Source: Octopus sinensis (taxonomy: Eukaryota). Taken from it: a stretch of DNA of 64,000 nucleotides. A program made the position numbers and the translations under genes. The stretch spans positions 1 through 64,000 of the forward strand of contig NW_021833297.1 of assembly GCF_006345805.1 (NCBI RefSeq), written 5' to 3'. This document shows, piece after piece, positions 13,339-26,340 of this stretch. The stretch's first letter is position 1; each line of letters starts with the position of its first letter. A model generated the notes under the pieces. It was not told the origin of the DNA and did no database searches. It was given only the letters and a program-made list of their open reading frames with translations.

Positions 13339-15186
13339 TTATTTTTCATCTTTTTCTCCTTCTTCTCTTCTTCTTCTTCTTCATCTCTCTTCTTCCTCTT
13401 CATCTTTCTTCTCTTCTTCCCTACTTCTTTTTCTTTCTTCTTCTTCTCTTCTTCTTCTACTTGTTCTTCTACTTGTTTTCTTTTTTTCTCATCTTCTTTG
13501 GTTCAAATCTTCTTTCTTCTCCTTCTTCGTCTCTTCTTACTTCTTTTCTTCTTCTTCTTCTCCTTCTTCTTCTTCTTATTCCTTGCGGTATTGAATTCCG
13601 TCTCTTTGAGTCGGAGTACAAATCCCGCCACTGTATACTTTGCATTTCACCCGTTCGGGGGAGTGGGGTGGCGATGAAGTGGAGGATCATCATCAACGCT
13701 TCCACTACCATCACCACCACAACCACCACCACCACCAACAACACCACTACCACGTAAAACATCTCCAAAGCTACTGCTATCGAGGCCGATTTCACTATGG
13801 CTACTGAGTCTATTACCGCCAAAGGCACCAGCTGCATTTGCTAAGATAATAAGGACGGTTGTAGTAGGGTGGCTGTAAATTCCACAAAAAAACCATGACA
13901 AACCGGCGTTACAAAAAGAGCTGCGAGAAGAAAGGAAACACGTCCAGAAGAAAGGTAAGTCGCTCTGGCCGAGCCATTGTAGGTCATGCGAGAAAGTAAC
14001 ATATTCAAACTAATTTGCCAATACCTATGTACAAAGATGTTAAGAATAGAGAATCTGGTGTATATAAAGACAGGAAGATATCCGGAGATTATGTGAAGCC
14101 GAAAGTCTTCCGCGACTTAAGTAGGTAATATCGAGCCTTTGGGAGTAGACTTACTACGTTTTGGGAGTATTCTAAGAGAACTTGTCTTCGTTAAAGGGTG
14201 CTGATACCAAATATGTGACTATATTAGTGTAACGAAATAATCTTGTTCTGAGATACAATTTATTCCTGATTTTGTTGGTGTATCCTCTCGTTCATTGAAA
14301 TTAAGAAACTCATTCACAACCTACATAGTTAAGACAACTTTGTATCTCTTTAAAGGAATCTCTTTCTGGATACACCCTCACTCAAAGCAAAACATATACA
14401 CCACAAGTTCTTTAATGCGCGTAGTGTTTAAGCAAGTTATTTCTGACTAAACATTACTTATAACATCAAATGACACAACCAAGAATATGCACTCTTACAG
14501 TGACTCCTCTCAAAAGTGATTCCGTCATCCATAAGCCGTGACATACGCAGTGACATTAACATTACCTAGTATATATATATATATATATATATAATATATT
14601 ATATATTATATAATATAGGTCATATGGTTGCTGGCAGTTAGTTCTGCTCTTAAAAGGATTTTATCCTTTATATATATACTGTTAAGTATTTACGTGTTGA
14701 AAGAAATTATCTTTCTACTTCATATATATATTATAATATATAATAATCTATTATATTATATTATATTATATTATATTTAAAAATCTCTCAGTGAGAGTTA
14801 TGCAGTAACAGCACGATAGAGTGATGGCTTGTTGCCCACTTAATGTGGTAGTCCCACGAAAGGGAAGAAGGTTACTGTGATTTAGCCCCAAGAAACGCTG
14901 TTTGAAAACTTACGGACGCAGAACGCGTCTTTCGCAGCCAACTAGAAACGGTGTTTCTTGGGGGCAAAATAAGAATATCATTTTTCTCTTTCTTTGGACT
15001 TCTACATTAAGTCAGCAACAGGCAATAATATAAACACACATACGCACACATATTATTGCTCGCAACAAATATTAGGTATAGGAGCAATAATTCTTTGGAT
15101 GATACCATCCCTTAATGAGGTTAATTTAACCTCTAACATGCATTATTATTTGCATATATATATATATGTATATATATACTATGATA

Positions 15187-15219
<33 letters not shown>

Positions 15220-15237
15220 TAAGTATCATATATTTAA

Positions 15238-15289
<52 letters not shown>

Positions 15290-15379
15290 ATGCCACACAA
15301 TCTATATATACTTACATATATATATATATATATATAAGTATATAATAAGTATATATATGTGTATATATATGTGTATGTG

Positions 15380-15416
<37 letters not shown>

Positions 15417-15640
15417 TATATATATGTGTTTGTGTGTATATGTATATATATATATAAGCGATAGTCTTCTTATTTACCTAAAGCTCTATTCTATTTATTC
15501 ATTTACCTACTTTATCACTGATTCTTTTGACCACTCCCCTAAGAAAGACAGTTTGTGCCCTGCCTACCCCAAAAAGTCCCCCACCACCACCCCTTTAAAT
15601 CTGCCTAAATGTATAAATGCCAAAACTATTCTTGACACCA

Positions 15641-15690
15641 AGCTTCCTGATGATTTCATTTGAATGAAACAGTTCTAGTCCGTAGAAGCT
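15641..15690 (+). ncRNA. Compact type I hammerhead-like motif
   Basis: agcttc-CTGATGA-tttc attt gaat-GAAAC...GTA^gaagct; same family as 19640-19692. Confidence 0.55.
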
Positions 15691-15764
15691 CCTTCTGTAT
15701 ATATATATATATATAATATATATATTATATATATATATATATATATTAACTTGATATATATATA

Positions 15765-15980
15765 TAAAGTTAATCCAAAAGAAAAGCACAGAAAAAAAAC
15801 ACAGCAACGCGAGGACGTGGACAATTAAAGTATTATTTGACGCTCAGGAAAGAAGGGAAGGAGGGTTTAACGTTTCGAGCGGAGCTCTTCGTCGGAAAGA
15901 AAGGAGAAGGAAAGATCCCGAGAAGGGAAGACAGAGGAAACAAATTTTTTGCTGGTGGTGTTCAAGAGATCACATGTTGA
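15765..15980 (-). repeat. Interspersed element (family G, pLTR-like) with hammerhead-variant motif
   Basis: Matches 39530-39700; minus strand reads ttt-CCGACGAA-GAGC-tcc-GCTC-GAAACGTT-aaa. Confidence 0.65.
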
Positions 15981-16609
15981 AATATATACATATATATATA
16001 TATATATAAGTATATATTGATTATGTGCATATACATGTATCTACACACACATGTGTATGCGTCTGAGTGCAGCTTGTTGCCCAAAATTTTCTTGGGGAAA
16101 TTGCATCGACTGAAATCTTTTGGAAGACTGCCGAATGAGCTGCACCATCATCATCATCATCATCATCATCATCATTATGACGATAACGACTACGATGACA
16201 ATAGCAACGACGATATCGATGATGATGATGATGATGATGATAGGGATGATGAGAATGACGATGATGGGGACGATGATGATGGGGAGGAGGAGTATGATGA
16301 GGATGATCACAATGATGACGATGATGATGGTGGTGTTGATTATAATTCCTATATATGGCATTTTGACATTCACTGTTTTATGTTCAATATAAATGATTTT
16401 GTTCGTTGTTTTTTTTTCTATTTTCTGTGGCGTAAATTCTTCGTGTTTCATTTACAAGGAAAGTCATGAAGAGAAGAGAAATGCAGAGGTGGAAAGAAAC
16501 ACAGAAATGCATAAATAATTAATTCTATGAGAATTATACATACCATACAGACGTACTGAAACGAACGCGACTAAATACAGACATGTCTTGTATGATTATA
16601 TATATTTGT

Positions 16610-17005
16610 ATACACATGCACACACATTCATCTAAATATGTCTATGAAGACAGACAAATATAGTAATATATATATAGTATATTTATACAGCATATAAGTT
16701 TATATGTATACATGTAGATATATAAGTATATACGTATAAGTATATACATATAAGTAATATGTATATATGTATATATATATATAATATATAATATAATATT
16801 ATATAATATATATATATATATTATATATATATATATATAAGTATATATAAGTATATACATGCACACACATTCATCTAAATATGTCTATGAAGACAGACAA
16901 TATAGTATATATATAGTATATTTATACAAGCATATAAGTATATATGTATACATGTAGATATATAAGTATATACGTATAAGTATATACATATAAGTATAAT
17001 ATGTA

Positions 17006-17073
<68 letters not shown>

Positions 17074-17290
17074 CTAAGTATATATAAGTATATACATGCA
17101 CACACATTCATCTAAATATGTCTATGAAGACAGACAAATATAGTATATATATAGTATATTTATACAAGCATATAAGTATATATGTATACATGTAGATATA
17201 TAAGTATATACGTATAAGTATATAAGTATATACATATAAGTATATATGCATATATGTATATATATATATATATATATATAAGTATATGTG
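16610..17290 (+). repeat. Tandem triplication of a ~240-bp TA-rich unit
   Basis: catgcacacacattcatctaaatatgtctatgaagacagac recurs at ~16616, 16858 and 17096. Confidence 0.9.
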
Positions 17291-17694
17291 TGTGTATATT
17301 GATGGGCATATGTCTGTATACATGCATGTCTCGTGTGCATTGATGTAACAGTATTTTGATATTGTTTTTGATAATGATGAGTAAACGTGCGCATTTATTC
17401 GCATTCGTGAGTCTTATATGATGAAGTTATATACATAAACACACACATGCAAGGGCACGAAGTTTGTATGTGTACTGAGATTTCAAGTGTATGTGTGTGT
17501 GTTTATGTGCAGCTATGTGTGGCATTGTATGATTGTGTGTGTATGTATGTGTGAGTATGCTTGAATGTGAGTGTGCGTGTACGTATATGCTTACATACGT
17601 GTATATTCACATCTACAAATATACATTCTTGTCTCTCAATCTGTATCTTTATCTAATTATCTCATCAATACCATGTACACAGACAATACCCGTA

Positions 17695-17750
<56 letters not shown>

Positions 17751-17823
17751 GCATATATACATATGTATATACGTATGTATATGTATGTATATATATATAT
17801 GTGTATATATATATATATGTATA

Positions 17824-17876
<53 letters not shown>

Positions 17877-17977
17877 GTATTCATATATAATATACATGAA
17901 AATATAAATATTATTAAAATAATATTAATATCCAACAAGAATAAAGCAACATATTGGTAGAATTATAAATATATACG

Positions 17978-18988
17978 ATGACCACCCTTGCTAGCTATGC
18001 AGATGACACAAAAGTCTCCCACGCAATACAAAACCCTGAAAATATTGCGCATCTGCAACATGAGCTGGACACAATATACAGGTGGGCTGAGGACAACAAC
18101 ATGCAGTTTAATGCAGGTAAGTTCCAGGCCCTGCGCTACTGGCACACAAAGGTAAATGACGTGAAGACTGGATACACTGGCCCAGGAAGAATTGCAATCC
18201 CTGAGTCAAAATCAGTGCGTGACCTGGGCATTGACATGAGCAATGATGCATCTTTCCAAATGCATATTGCTAATCTGGTGATAAAATGCAGACGGCTAGC
18301 TGGATGGATTCTCCGAACTTTCAGAACAAGAGAGAAGGAGACACTGATGGTCCTATGGAAAACATTTGTCCTCAGCCGCTTGGACTACTGCTCCCAACTT
18401 TGGTCACCACACAATATAAAACAAACAGCAGAACTCGAAGCAACTCAGAGAAGCTACACAAAGAAAATCGTCTCAATGCAAAATGTCAGCTACTGGGAAA
18501 GACTGAAGGTATTAAACCTCTTCTCCCTGGAGCGGAGGCGGGAGAGATATGTAGTGATATACATCTGGAAAATCCTGGAGGGTCTTGTCCCAAACTTTGG
18601 CATTCAAAGTTACTCCAACCGCAGAACGGGGCGCCGCTGCGTGGTGCCAAGGATTCCAACATCACCATCAAAATACAGGTCCAGATACTGCAACAGCTGG
18701 GTTTCAGAGGACCACAGCTCTTAACATCCTCCCTAAATGCCTGAGAGACTTACATGGTGTGGATGTGGGTTTCTTTAAAACTAAACTGGATCTCTTCTTG
18801 TTGGGAGTCCCAGATGAACCCACCTCACGACAGGAGACACAGATGCGGGCAGCAGCATCGAACTCCCTTGTTGATCAAGTGCCACGTATCAGAGGTGGAT
18901 TCACAAACTAGTGTAGCTCATTCAGCGGTGGTGCCCCAGCATGGCCGCGGCCTTCGGGCTAAAACATTTTTAAGGATTTAAGGATTTA
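17978..18988 (+). mobile_element. CR1-type LINE, 5'-truncated (RT C-terminus and 3' end)
   Basis: YADDTK, VRDLGI, SRLDYCSQLWSP and YWERLKVLNLFSLERRR motifs; one frameshift near 18700; ends in a tandem (aaggattt)n tail. Confidence 0.9.
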
Positions 18989-18989
18989 T

Positions 18990-19209
18990 ATTTCTTTACT
19001 ACCCACAAGGAGCTAAACACAGAGGGAACAAACAAGGACAGTAAAATGGATTAAGTCGATTACATCGACCCCAGTGCGTTACTGGTACTTAATTTATCAA
19101 CCCTGAAAGGATGAAAGGCAAAGTCGACCTCGGCGGAATTTGAACCCAGAACGTAGCGGCAGACGAAATACGGCTACGCATTTCGCTCGGCGTGCTAGTG
19201 ATTCTGCCA
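18990..19209 (-). mobile_element. SINE family A
   Basis: Reverse complement of the family A consensus. Confidence 0.9.
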
Positions 19210-19210
19210 A

Positions 19211-19390
19211 TAGGCGCAGGAATCGTTGTGTGGTAAGTAGCTTGCTTACCAACCACTTGGTTATGGGTTCAGTCTCACTGCGTGTCACCTTGGACAAGTG
19301 TCTTCTACTATAGTCTCGGGTCGACCGAAGCCTTGTGAGTGGTTTTGGTAGACGGAAACTGAAAGAAGTTCATCGTATATATGTGTGTAT
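19211..19390 (+). mobile_element. SINE family B, 5' part
   Basis: Family B head and body; head-to-head with the adjacent family A copy. Confidence 0.88.
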
Positions 19391-19639
19391 ATATATGAGG
19401 AGTAACGCTGCGATGGACTAGCGTCCCGTCCAGCTGGGGAACATATACGACATTGAAACCGGGAAACGGGCGCATGAGCCCGGCTAGGCTTTAAACATAT
19501 ATATATATATATATATGTAGGTCCCGGGTTGAGTCGGAGTTAACCACAGTAAATAAGGTACCCAATACATAGCAGAGTAAAGTAATTTATTTTATAGAAG
19601 GAGCTTCTACAGGACTAGAACTGTTTCGTTCAGATGAAT

Positions 19640-19692
19640 GAGCTTCCTGAAGATTTCATCTGAATGAAACAGTTCTAGTCCTGTAGAAGCTC
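19640..19692 (+). ncRNA. Compact type I hammerhead ribozyme within a palindrome
   Basis: Stem I gagcttc/gaagctc, CTGAAGA, short stem II (ttc/gaa with a U-U closing mismatch), GAAA, stem III ACAG/CTGT, triplet GTA (19683-19685). Confidence 0.62.
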
Positions 19693-19695
19693 CTT

Positions 19696-19738
<43 letters not shown>

Positions 19739-20338
19739 GATGTCTTCTTACAGTTCCCGTCTACCAAATCCATTCAGAGGACTTTGGTCGGCAGGGGGCT
19801 ATCGAAGAAGGCACTAGAATCATGTGGTTGTGAAGCAAGCCTATTGTCACACAGCTATGTCTGCATATTGGTTATACTTTTAGAGTAAGAGTGACAGTGA
19901 CGTCGAAGTTTCGGCATGCTCGCCTCCGTCGTAGTAAGCCGAAACTTGGAAATCACTAACAGTCCCTTTCTTGTAAATATATATAAGAAAATTTGGGTAT
20001 GTGTACGCGCGTGTGAGTGTGTGTTCAAACGAAGAAAGAGAACACTCACTATATTGTCTAGTTTTCATACAAATTTGCCTTCTGACTCAAGCGTACATTT
20101 CTCGGTGTTCGCTTATACGGGTAAGATACGGCGGATAGTTGAGAAATTCGATATAAATGAAGTTTTAAATGCATGCGACTTGACCGTTGGCTTTCTATTG
20201 GTCGTTCGTGAAACTGGTCCTCGTTAGTCTAAGGAGGTCCTGTGAGGGAAATGGTTGCAAGCTCTTGTAATAAGACAGTGATATTCTGCTACTAGAATTT
20301 TAAGAAAAGCTGCTGGCCGACATTATCTTCCTTTAATT

Positions 20339-20846
20339 AAGGCGGCGAGCTGGCAGAAACGTTAGCACGTCGGGCGAAATGTTTGCGGTATTTCATCTGC
20401 CGCTACGTTTTGAGTTCAAAATCCGCCGAGGTCGACTTTGCCTGTCATCCTTTCAGGGTCGATAAATTAAGTACCAGTTACGCACCGGGGTCAATATAAT
20501 CGACTTAATCCGTTTGTCTGTCCTTGTTTGTCCTCTCTGTGTTTAGCCCCTTGTGGGTAGTAAAGAAACAGGTATTTCGTCTGCCGCTACGTTCTGAGTT
20601 CAAATTCCACCGAGGTCAACTTTGCCTTTCATCCTTTCGGGGTCGATTAAATAAGTAGCAGTTACGCACTAGGGTCGATATAATCGACTTAATCCGTTTG
20701 TCTGTCCTTGTTTGTCCCCTCTGTGTTAACCCCCTTGTGGGTAGTAAAGAAATAGATATTTCGTCTGTCTTTATGTTCTGAGTTCAAATTCTGCCGAGGT
20801 CGACTTTGTCTTCCATTCTTTCGGGGTCGATAAATTAAGTACCAGT
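20339..20846 (+). mobile_element. SINE family A head-to-tail trimer
   Basis: A full copy is followed by two copies that restart at tatttcgtctg. Confidence 0.9.
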
Positions 20847-22023
20847 TCGGGCCTTGTGCCTAGAGTAGAAAAGAATAGAAAAGAATCTTCCTTTAATTAG
20901 AGGTTGTACTTGTTATTTTACTTTCTTTTTGAGATTTGCTTGCTTTACCATCCGGGTCATTTGCTTGAAATTGTCTCCGGGTAAACGTTTCTTTGAGATT
21001 ATGAGGGAACTATTTCAAATTTCTTTTTTTCTTATGGGATACCACACGCTGATTTTATATATGTATCTACTTTCTAATCCATCACTAGAGTTACAGTAGA
21101 AAAGACATAATCTTGGTTTCTCTATTTGCTTATAAAACGGAACCGGAAAATACAGATTACCCTTTCTCGAGCCAAAAAGGGCTTAGATATGTTGCTCTTC
21201 ATTGAATTTATTAGCAGATGAAAGACAGTGGTTACCTCGGTGGGATATGAACTCGTAAATTTAAGAGCTGAAACTAAATACCACAAGACATTTCTACCGA
21301 CGCCTTCACGATTCTATCAATTCAACAACACCGGTTTCAAAAGAAGCAATGTAACGTCATATCAAATTCATTTACAATTTAATCAATCCATACTAACCTA
21401 CGTGCATTCAAAAATCATTTGATTACAGCACATCAAATGATCTTTGGCTGCATACATTTCACTCATATACGACTCTAAATAAACTGAAAAGGTGGCAATC
21501 TCTTATAAAAGCAAATTTTATGTTATTTCTTCTTCCTTTTACAGTCGCTATAAGAAATATAGTGAACCAGCCAATAACTTGCTCGTAAAAAGTAACTAGA
21601 TGAACTACTGGTACGATATTGTTTCTATGCCGTTTCTGTGACCTGTCTTCTCTATGGCCAAATACCTGTAAATTGTTCTTACTTTCTTTGCAGTGTTCTG
21701 TGCTTTATCAAGACATTTAATCTTTTCTTAGGAAGTTAAGTTTCTAGTTGTTTGTGTGGAGTTGAAGCAGTTGTGGTGTTGAAGCATTAGTTTTTTGGTT
21801 GAAATTGCAGAAATTGAAGAAAAATAAAACAACAAATATCTTACAAACTATAGAATTTTCTTAATAAAGCCAAGAGAAAAAGATGTTTTATAAACATATT
21901 CTACCAGTATAGGAAGTTTAAAATTCTTTAGTTACCTAGAAATTATGTTAAAATCTGCCGTTCAAACTGAAAAGATCCTAACATTAAAAATAGATATTTT
22001 AGTGCTGCGATACCTTGATATGT

Positions 22024-22405
22024 GGAGGCGCAATGGCCCAGTGGTTAGGGCAGCAGACTCGCGGTCATAGGATCGCGGTTTCGATTCCCAGACCGGGCGT
22101 TGTGGGTGTTTATTGAGCGAAAACACCTAAAAGCTCCACGAAGCTCCGGCAGGGGATTATGGTGATCCCTGCTGTACTCTTTCACCACAACTTTCTCTCA
22201 CTCTTACTTCCTGTTTCTGTTGTACCTGTATTTCAAAGGGCCGGCCTTGTCACTCTCTGTGTCACGCTGAATATCTCGAGAACTACGTTAAGGGTACACG
22301 TGTCTGTGAAGTGCTCAGCCACTTACACGTTAATTTCACGAGCAGGCTGTTCCGTTGATCGGATCAACCGGAACCCTCGTCGTCGTAACCGACGGAGTGC
22401 TTCCA
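22024..22405 (+). mobile_element. tRNA-derived SINE family C
   Basis: A box tggcccagtgg and B box gtttcgattcc; near-identical to 25141-25524. Confidence 0.92.
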
Positions 22406-23591
22406 TCCACCTTGATATATATATAGGGTCGTGCAAAATCACAAACTATTCATTCAAAGTCTTTTTGTGATTTGTTAGTGTCCCTGCGAATTTTCACCAT
22501 TTTGATTCCCTTATTGCTTATTTATTTCTTTAATTATTTGTTTTTCTAGTGGACGGAACGGATCGATATCGTAGTCTAAGTAGAAGACGCTTATTTTCTC
22601 TTTTGAGCTTCTGTCATCTTTAGTTGTTTTTTTTTTTTTTTTTTTTTTTTTTGGTGGTTAACTCTTCGAGAAATTTCTGAGTAGAACATTTGTTTGGCAT
22701 TACAGTGGAAGTATGTTGTTTGAAGTTGCAACGTTTGGTGTGATGTGACTATTATTCTTGTTGATGTTGCTGCTAATTACACTGTGATATGTTGCTCTTT
22801 AATGATTTATGTTGGATGCAAATCATTCCTGCTTTTGTACTTTCTCAGACTATTTATTCATTTATTTATTTATGTATTTTTATTACTTCCTTGTTTAATT
22901 ATTTAGTGCAAAATTTAATTTTTCTTGTTTGTGGTTTTGGTTCGTTTTGTTTTCGACAGTCTTTGATTGTTTTTTTAATGTTGTCTATTTTTTTATTCGT
23001 AATTAGGGTGGTATTTTTATTTTGTTTTGTTTCGTATTTTTTATTATTTTGATTTGCATTTTTTTTTTCCTAGAGTGCCTATTGTTCTTTTAGCGAATAT
23101 ATATACCGCAGTGTTTATGTGTAAAATCGTGGTGTGTTTAAATCTGAAAAAAATTCCATTGTTAGAACGTGCTTCGTTGTGTCTGTTTTGAAGTTTGTAG
23201 AAGTGTTTGAACTATTTTTCTCTCGCGTGTGATTAGGTTACCATTATAATTAATAGGTGACCCGAGAAAAACTGGAAAATTGCTTACGAAGGTATGTATT
23301 TTAACCTCCTTCTTTGATATGTACGCTGCGAATATAATTAATAGATGACTCGAAAAAACGTTGAGGAATCTTTTACTAAGGTATATAAGAAAAAATGACG
23401 ATGTCTGGAGCGAGCGATTTTTGAAGTTGGTTTGGTGAAGAATGTACGTAAGTTAGTACGGGTTGATTAAATTATAAAAGAATTTTAGTTACGACGCTGT
23501 TAAGTCACCTCTTATGTTATATGTATTATTTGTGATCCAGGAAATGCTAATCGCATTGAATTCTTCCCTAAGAGTGGTCTTTGTGTGTGTG

Positions 23592-23900
23592 AGTGCACGT
23601 GGCTTAGTGGTTAGGGTATTCGGCTCACGATAGTAGGGTCATGAGTTCAATTCCCGATGGCAGATTGTGTTCTTGAGCAAGACACTTTATTTCACATTCA
23701 TTTTAATCCATTCAGCTCCCAACAAAGAGTTCTACTTTGTAAATCAAAGGGCCATCCATGTCGCATTCTGTGACACGTTGAATCTCCCTGACAACTAGGT
23801 TAAGGGTTCACGTGTCTGTGGAGTACTCAGCCATTTTCACATTAATTTCATAATGATATTGGATCAACTGGAATACTCGTCCTCGCAACCGACGGAGTGC
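23592..23900 (+). mobile_element. SINE family C-related, diverged
   Basis: tRNA head (tggcttagtgg/gttcaattcc) and the shared 3' half (aagggt.cacgtgtctgtggagt). Confidence 0.8.
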
Positions 23901-24094
23901 TAGTGATGAGTGAGTGGTTACCTACAGGCTTCCTCGTCGGCTGCATCGTAGTAGCAAGTGGTGGGCAGAGATGAAAATCATGTACCAATGATGATAGTAT
24001 TGAAGATACTGGTAATGATGGCGATGGGGAAGCAGATATTCAAAGACGTCACCACAACGTTACTCACGTAGATGCGGATGCTTGCAGTTACTAT

Positions 24095-24510
24095 TCTTAT
24101 ATTCTTTTACTTGTTTCAGTCATTTGGCTGCCGCCATGCTGGAGCGCCACCTTTAGTCGAGCAAATCGACCCAGAATGAAAGGCAAAGTTGACCTCGGCG
24201 GAATTTGAACTCAGAACGTAACGTCAGACGAAATCCCGCTAAGCATTACACCTAGCATGCTAACGATTCTGCTAGCTCGCCGACCTATGATCCAATATGA
24301 AATTGGCTTCAAATTTTGGCATACGGCCAGCAATTTCCGGGGAGTGGATAAGTTGATTACAAAGATCTCCAGTACTTGACTGGTATTTATTTTACCGATC
24401 CCGAAAGGATGAAAGGTAAAGTCGACCTCGGCGGAATTTGAACGTAAAGACAGACAAAATGCTGCTAAATATTCTCCAACGTTCGCTTACGATTTTGTCT
24501 TCCCGCCACC
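24095..24510 (-). mobile_element. Stack of SINE B 3' end plus two SINE A copies
   Basis: Reverse-complement matches to both families. Confidence 0.8.
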
Positions 24511-24588
24511 TATAGATCAAATATAATATTACTGTATTTTGGCGTTTTGTGGTTCGATGTGATGTACTTAAATATATTGCTGTCTTTA

Positions 24589-24820
24589 AAGGCGGCGAGC
24601 TGGCAGAAACGTTAGCACGCCGGGCGAAATGCTTTGCAGTATTTCATCTGCCGTTACGTTCTGAGTTCAAATTCCGCCGAGGTCGACTTTGCCTTTCATC
24701 CTTTCGGGGTGGATAAATTAAGTACCAGTTATGCACTGGGGTCGATGTAACCGGCTTAATCACTTTGTCTGTCCTTCTTTGTCCCCTCTATGTTTAGCCC
24801 CTTGTGGCAGTAAAGAAATA
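24589..24820 (+). mobile_element. SINE family A
   Basis: Near-consensus copy. Confidence 0.92.
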
Positions 24821-25140
24821 TATATTGTAATCTTTAGTTGTTGTTGTCGTGTTGTTGTCGATGTCGTTGTTCTTGCTGTTGCTGTTACTGTTGTTGTTCT
24901 TCTTCTTCGTCTTCTCCCATTTTTCGTATGTAGACTCAAGTTGGCTACGGTCAAGCGCCGATGAAAGATGTTCAAGTCGTAACTATCCAACTGTTGTGTA
25001 CCTCGAACTGCATTGCCTAACATCTCCATGTATTTTCTTAAACGACGGACTTTAAAGACATTTGAAGTAGACTTTATTCCTATTTCTAGAAAGTCGGTCG
25101 TTTTCTCACTTGTATTGCATTTCTTAATGTGCTGTTTGGT

Positions 25141-25524
25141 GGAGGCGCAATGGCCCAGTGGTTAGGGCAGCGGACTCGCGGTCGTAGGATCGCAGTTTCG
25201 ATTCCCAGACCGGGCGATGTGAGTGTTTATTGAGCGGCGAAAACACCTAAAGCTCCACCAGGCTCCGGCAGGAATGGTGGTGATCCCTGCTGTACTCTTT
25301 CACCACAACTTTCTCTCACTCTTACTTCCTGTTTCTGTTGTACCTGTATTTCAAAGGGCCGGCCTTGTCACTCTCTGTGTTACGCTGTATATCCCCGAGA
25401 ACTACGTTAAGGGTACACGTGTCTGTGGAGTGCTCAGCCACTTGCACGTTAATTTCACGAGCAGGCTGTTCCGTTGATCGGATCAACCGGAACCCTCGTC
25501 GTCGCAACCGACGGAGTGCCTCCA
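25141..25524 (+). mobile_element. SINE family C
   Basis: Near-identical to 22024-22405. Confidence 0.92.
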
Positions 25525-26084
25525 TAATGTGTTGTTTTGTTATGTTTTCTTTTTCTAACAGAGATAATATTTTTGGTACATACTTGACGCATCGGTCCAG
25601 TTCTCTGTGCCTTGAGATCAAGTGGTACTGGGGACATTTTTATTTTTGATTATTTAGAATATCAGTCAAACGCTGAGATCCACACTCTCTCTCTCTCTCC
25701 TCTCTCTCTCCTCTCTTTCTGTCTTTCTCTCTCGTATCTATCTATCTATTTATCTGTCTATCTATATATATATCTTGCTATCGCTTTCTTTCCTTCTTTC
25801 TCTTTTTCACTCTCTATTTCTATCCTTTTCTCTTTCTCTCTGTCCTTCGCTGCTCTCTCTCTCTCTCTCTCTCTCTTTCTAACTTTCTGTGTAGTACCTG
25901 TAGCTTCAAAACTGATCCTAAAAATGTAGTGTGCCAATCTTACTCATCTCGAGAATTACATTAAGTTTACACCTGTCTGTAGAATGGTCAACCATTTAAA
26001 ACTTAATTTTACGGGCAAGAATTCTGCTAGTCAAGGAGGTTGAATGCTCATCGTTGTGTCCACCGAAAACATCACCACATTTAT

Positions 26085-26340
26085 CATAATCATCATCATC
26101 ACCATCATCATCATCGTTTAACGTCCGCTTTCCATTCTAGCATGGGTTGGACGGTTCAACTGGGGTCTGGGAAGCCAGAAGGCTGCACCAGGCCCAATCT
26201 GATCTGGCAGTGTTTCTACGGCTGGATGCCCTTCTTAATGCCAACCACTCCGTGAGTGTAGTGGGTGCTTTTTACGTGCCACCGGCACAAGTGCCAGACG
26301 AGGCTGGCAAACGGCCACGATCGGATGGTGCTTTTTACGT
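26085..26340 (-). mobile_element. 3' end of a retroposon with a (GAT)n tail
   Basis: Minus strand ggcatccagccgtagaaac...gcggacgttaaacgatgatg, a typical RTE-related SINE/LINE 3' terminus. Confidence 0.6.

Noticed and set aside
13890-13960. Strong plus-strand donor AAG|GTAAGT with a short upstream ORF
   Set aside because: No convincing acceptor, partner exon or protein similarity.
16017-16469. His/Asp-rich 150-aa ORF
   Set aside because: Derived from (CAT)n/(GAT)n microsatellites, which are open in multiple frames.
22024-22100. tRNA gene
   Set aside because: A/B boxes are present, but the sequence continues into a repeated SINE body; it is a SINE head.
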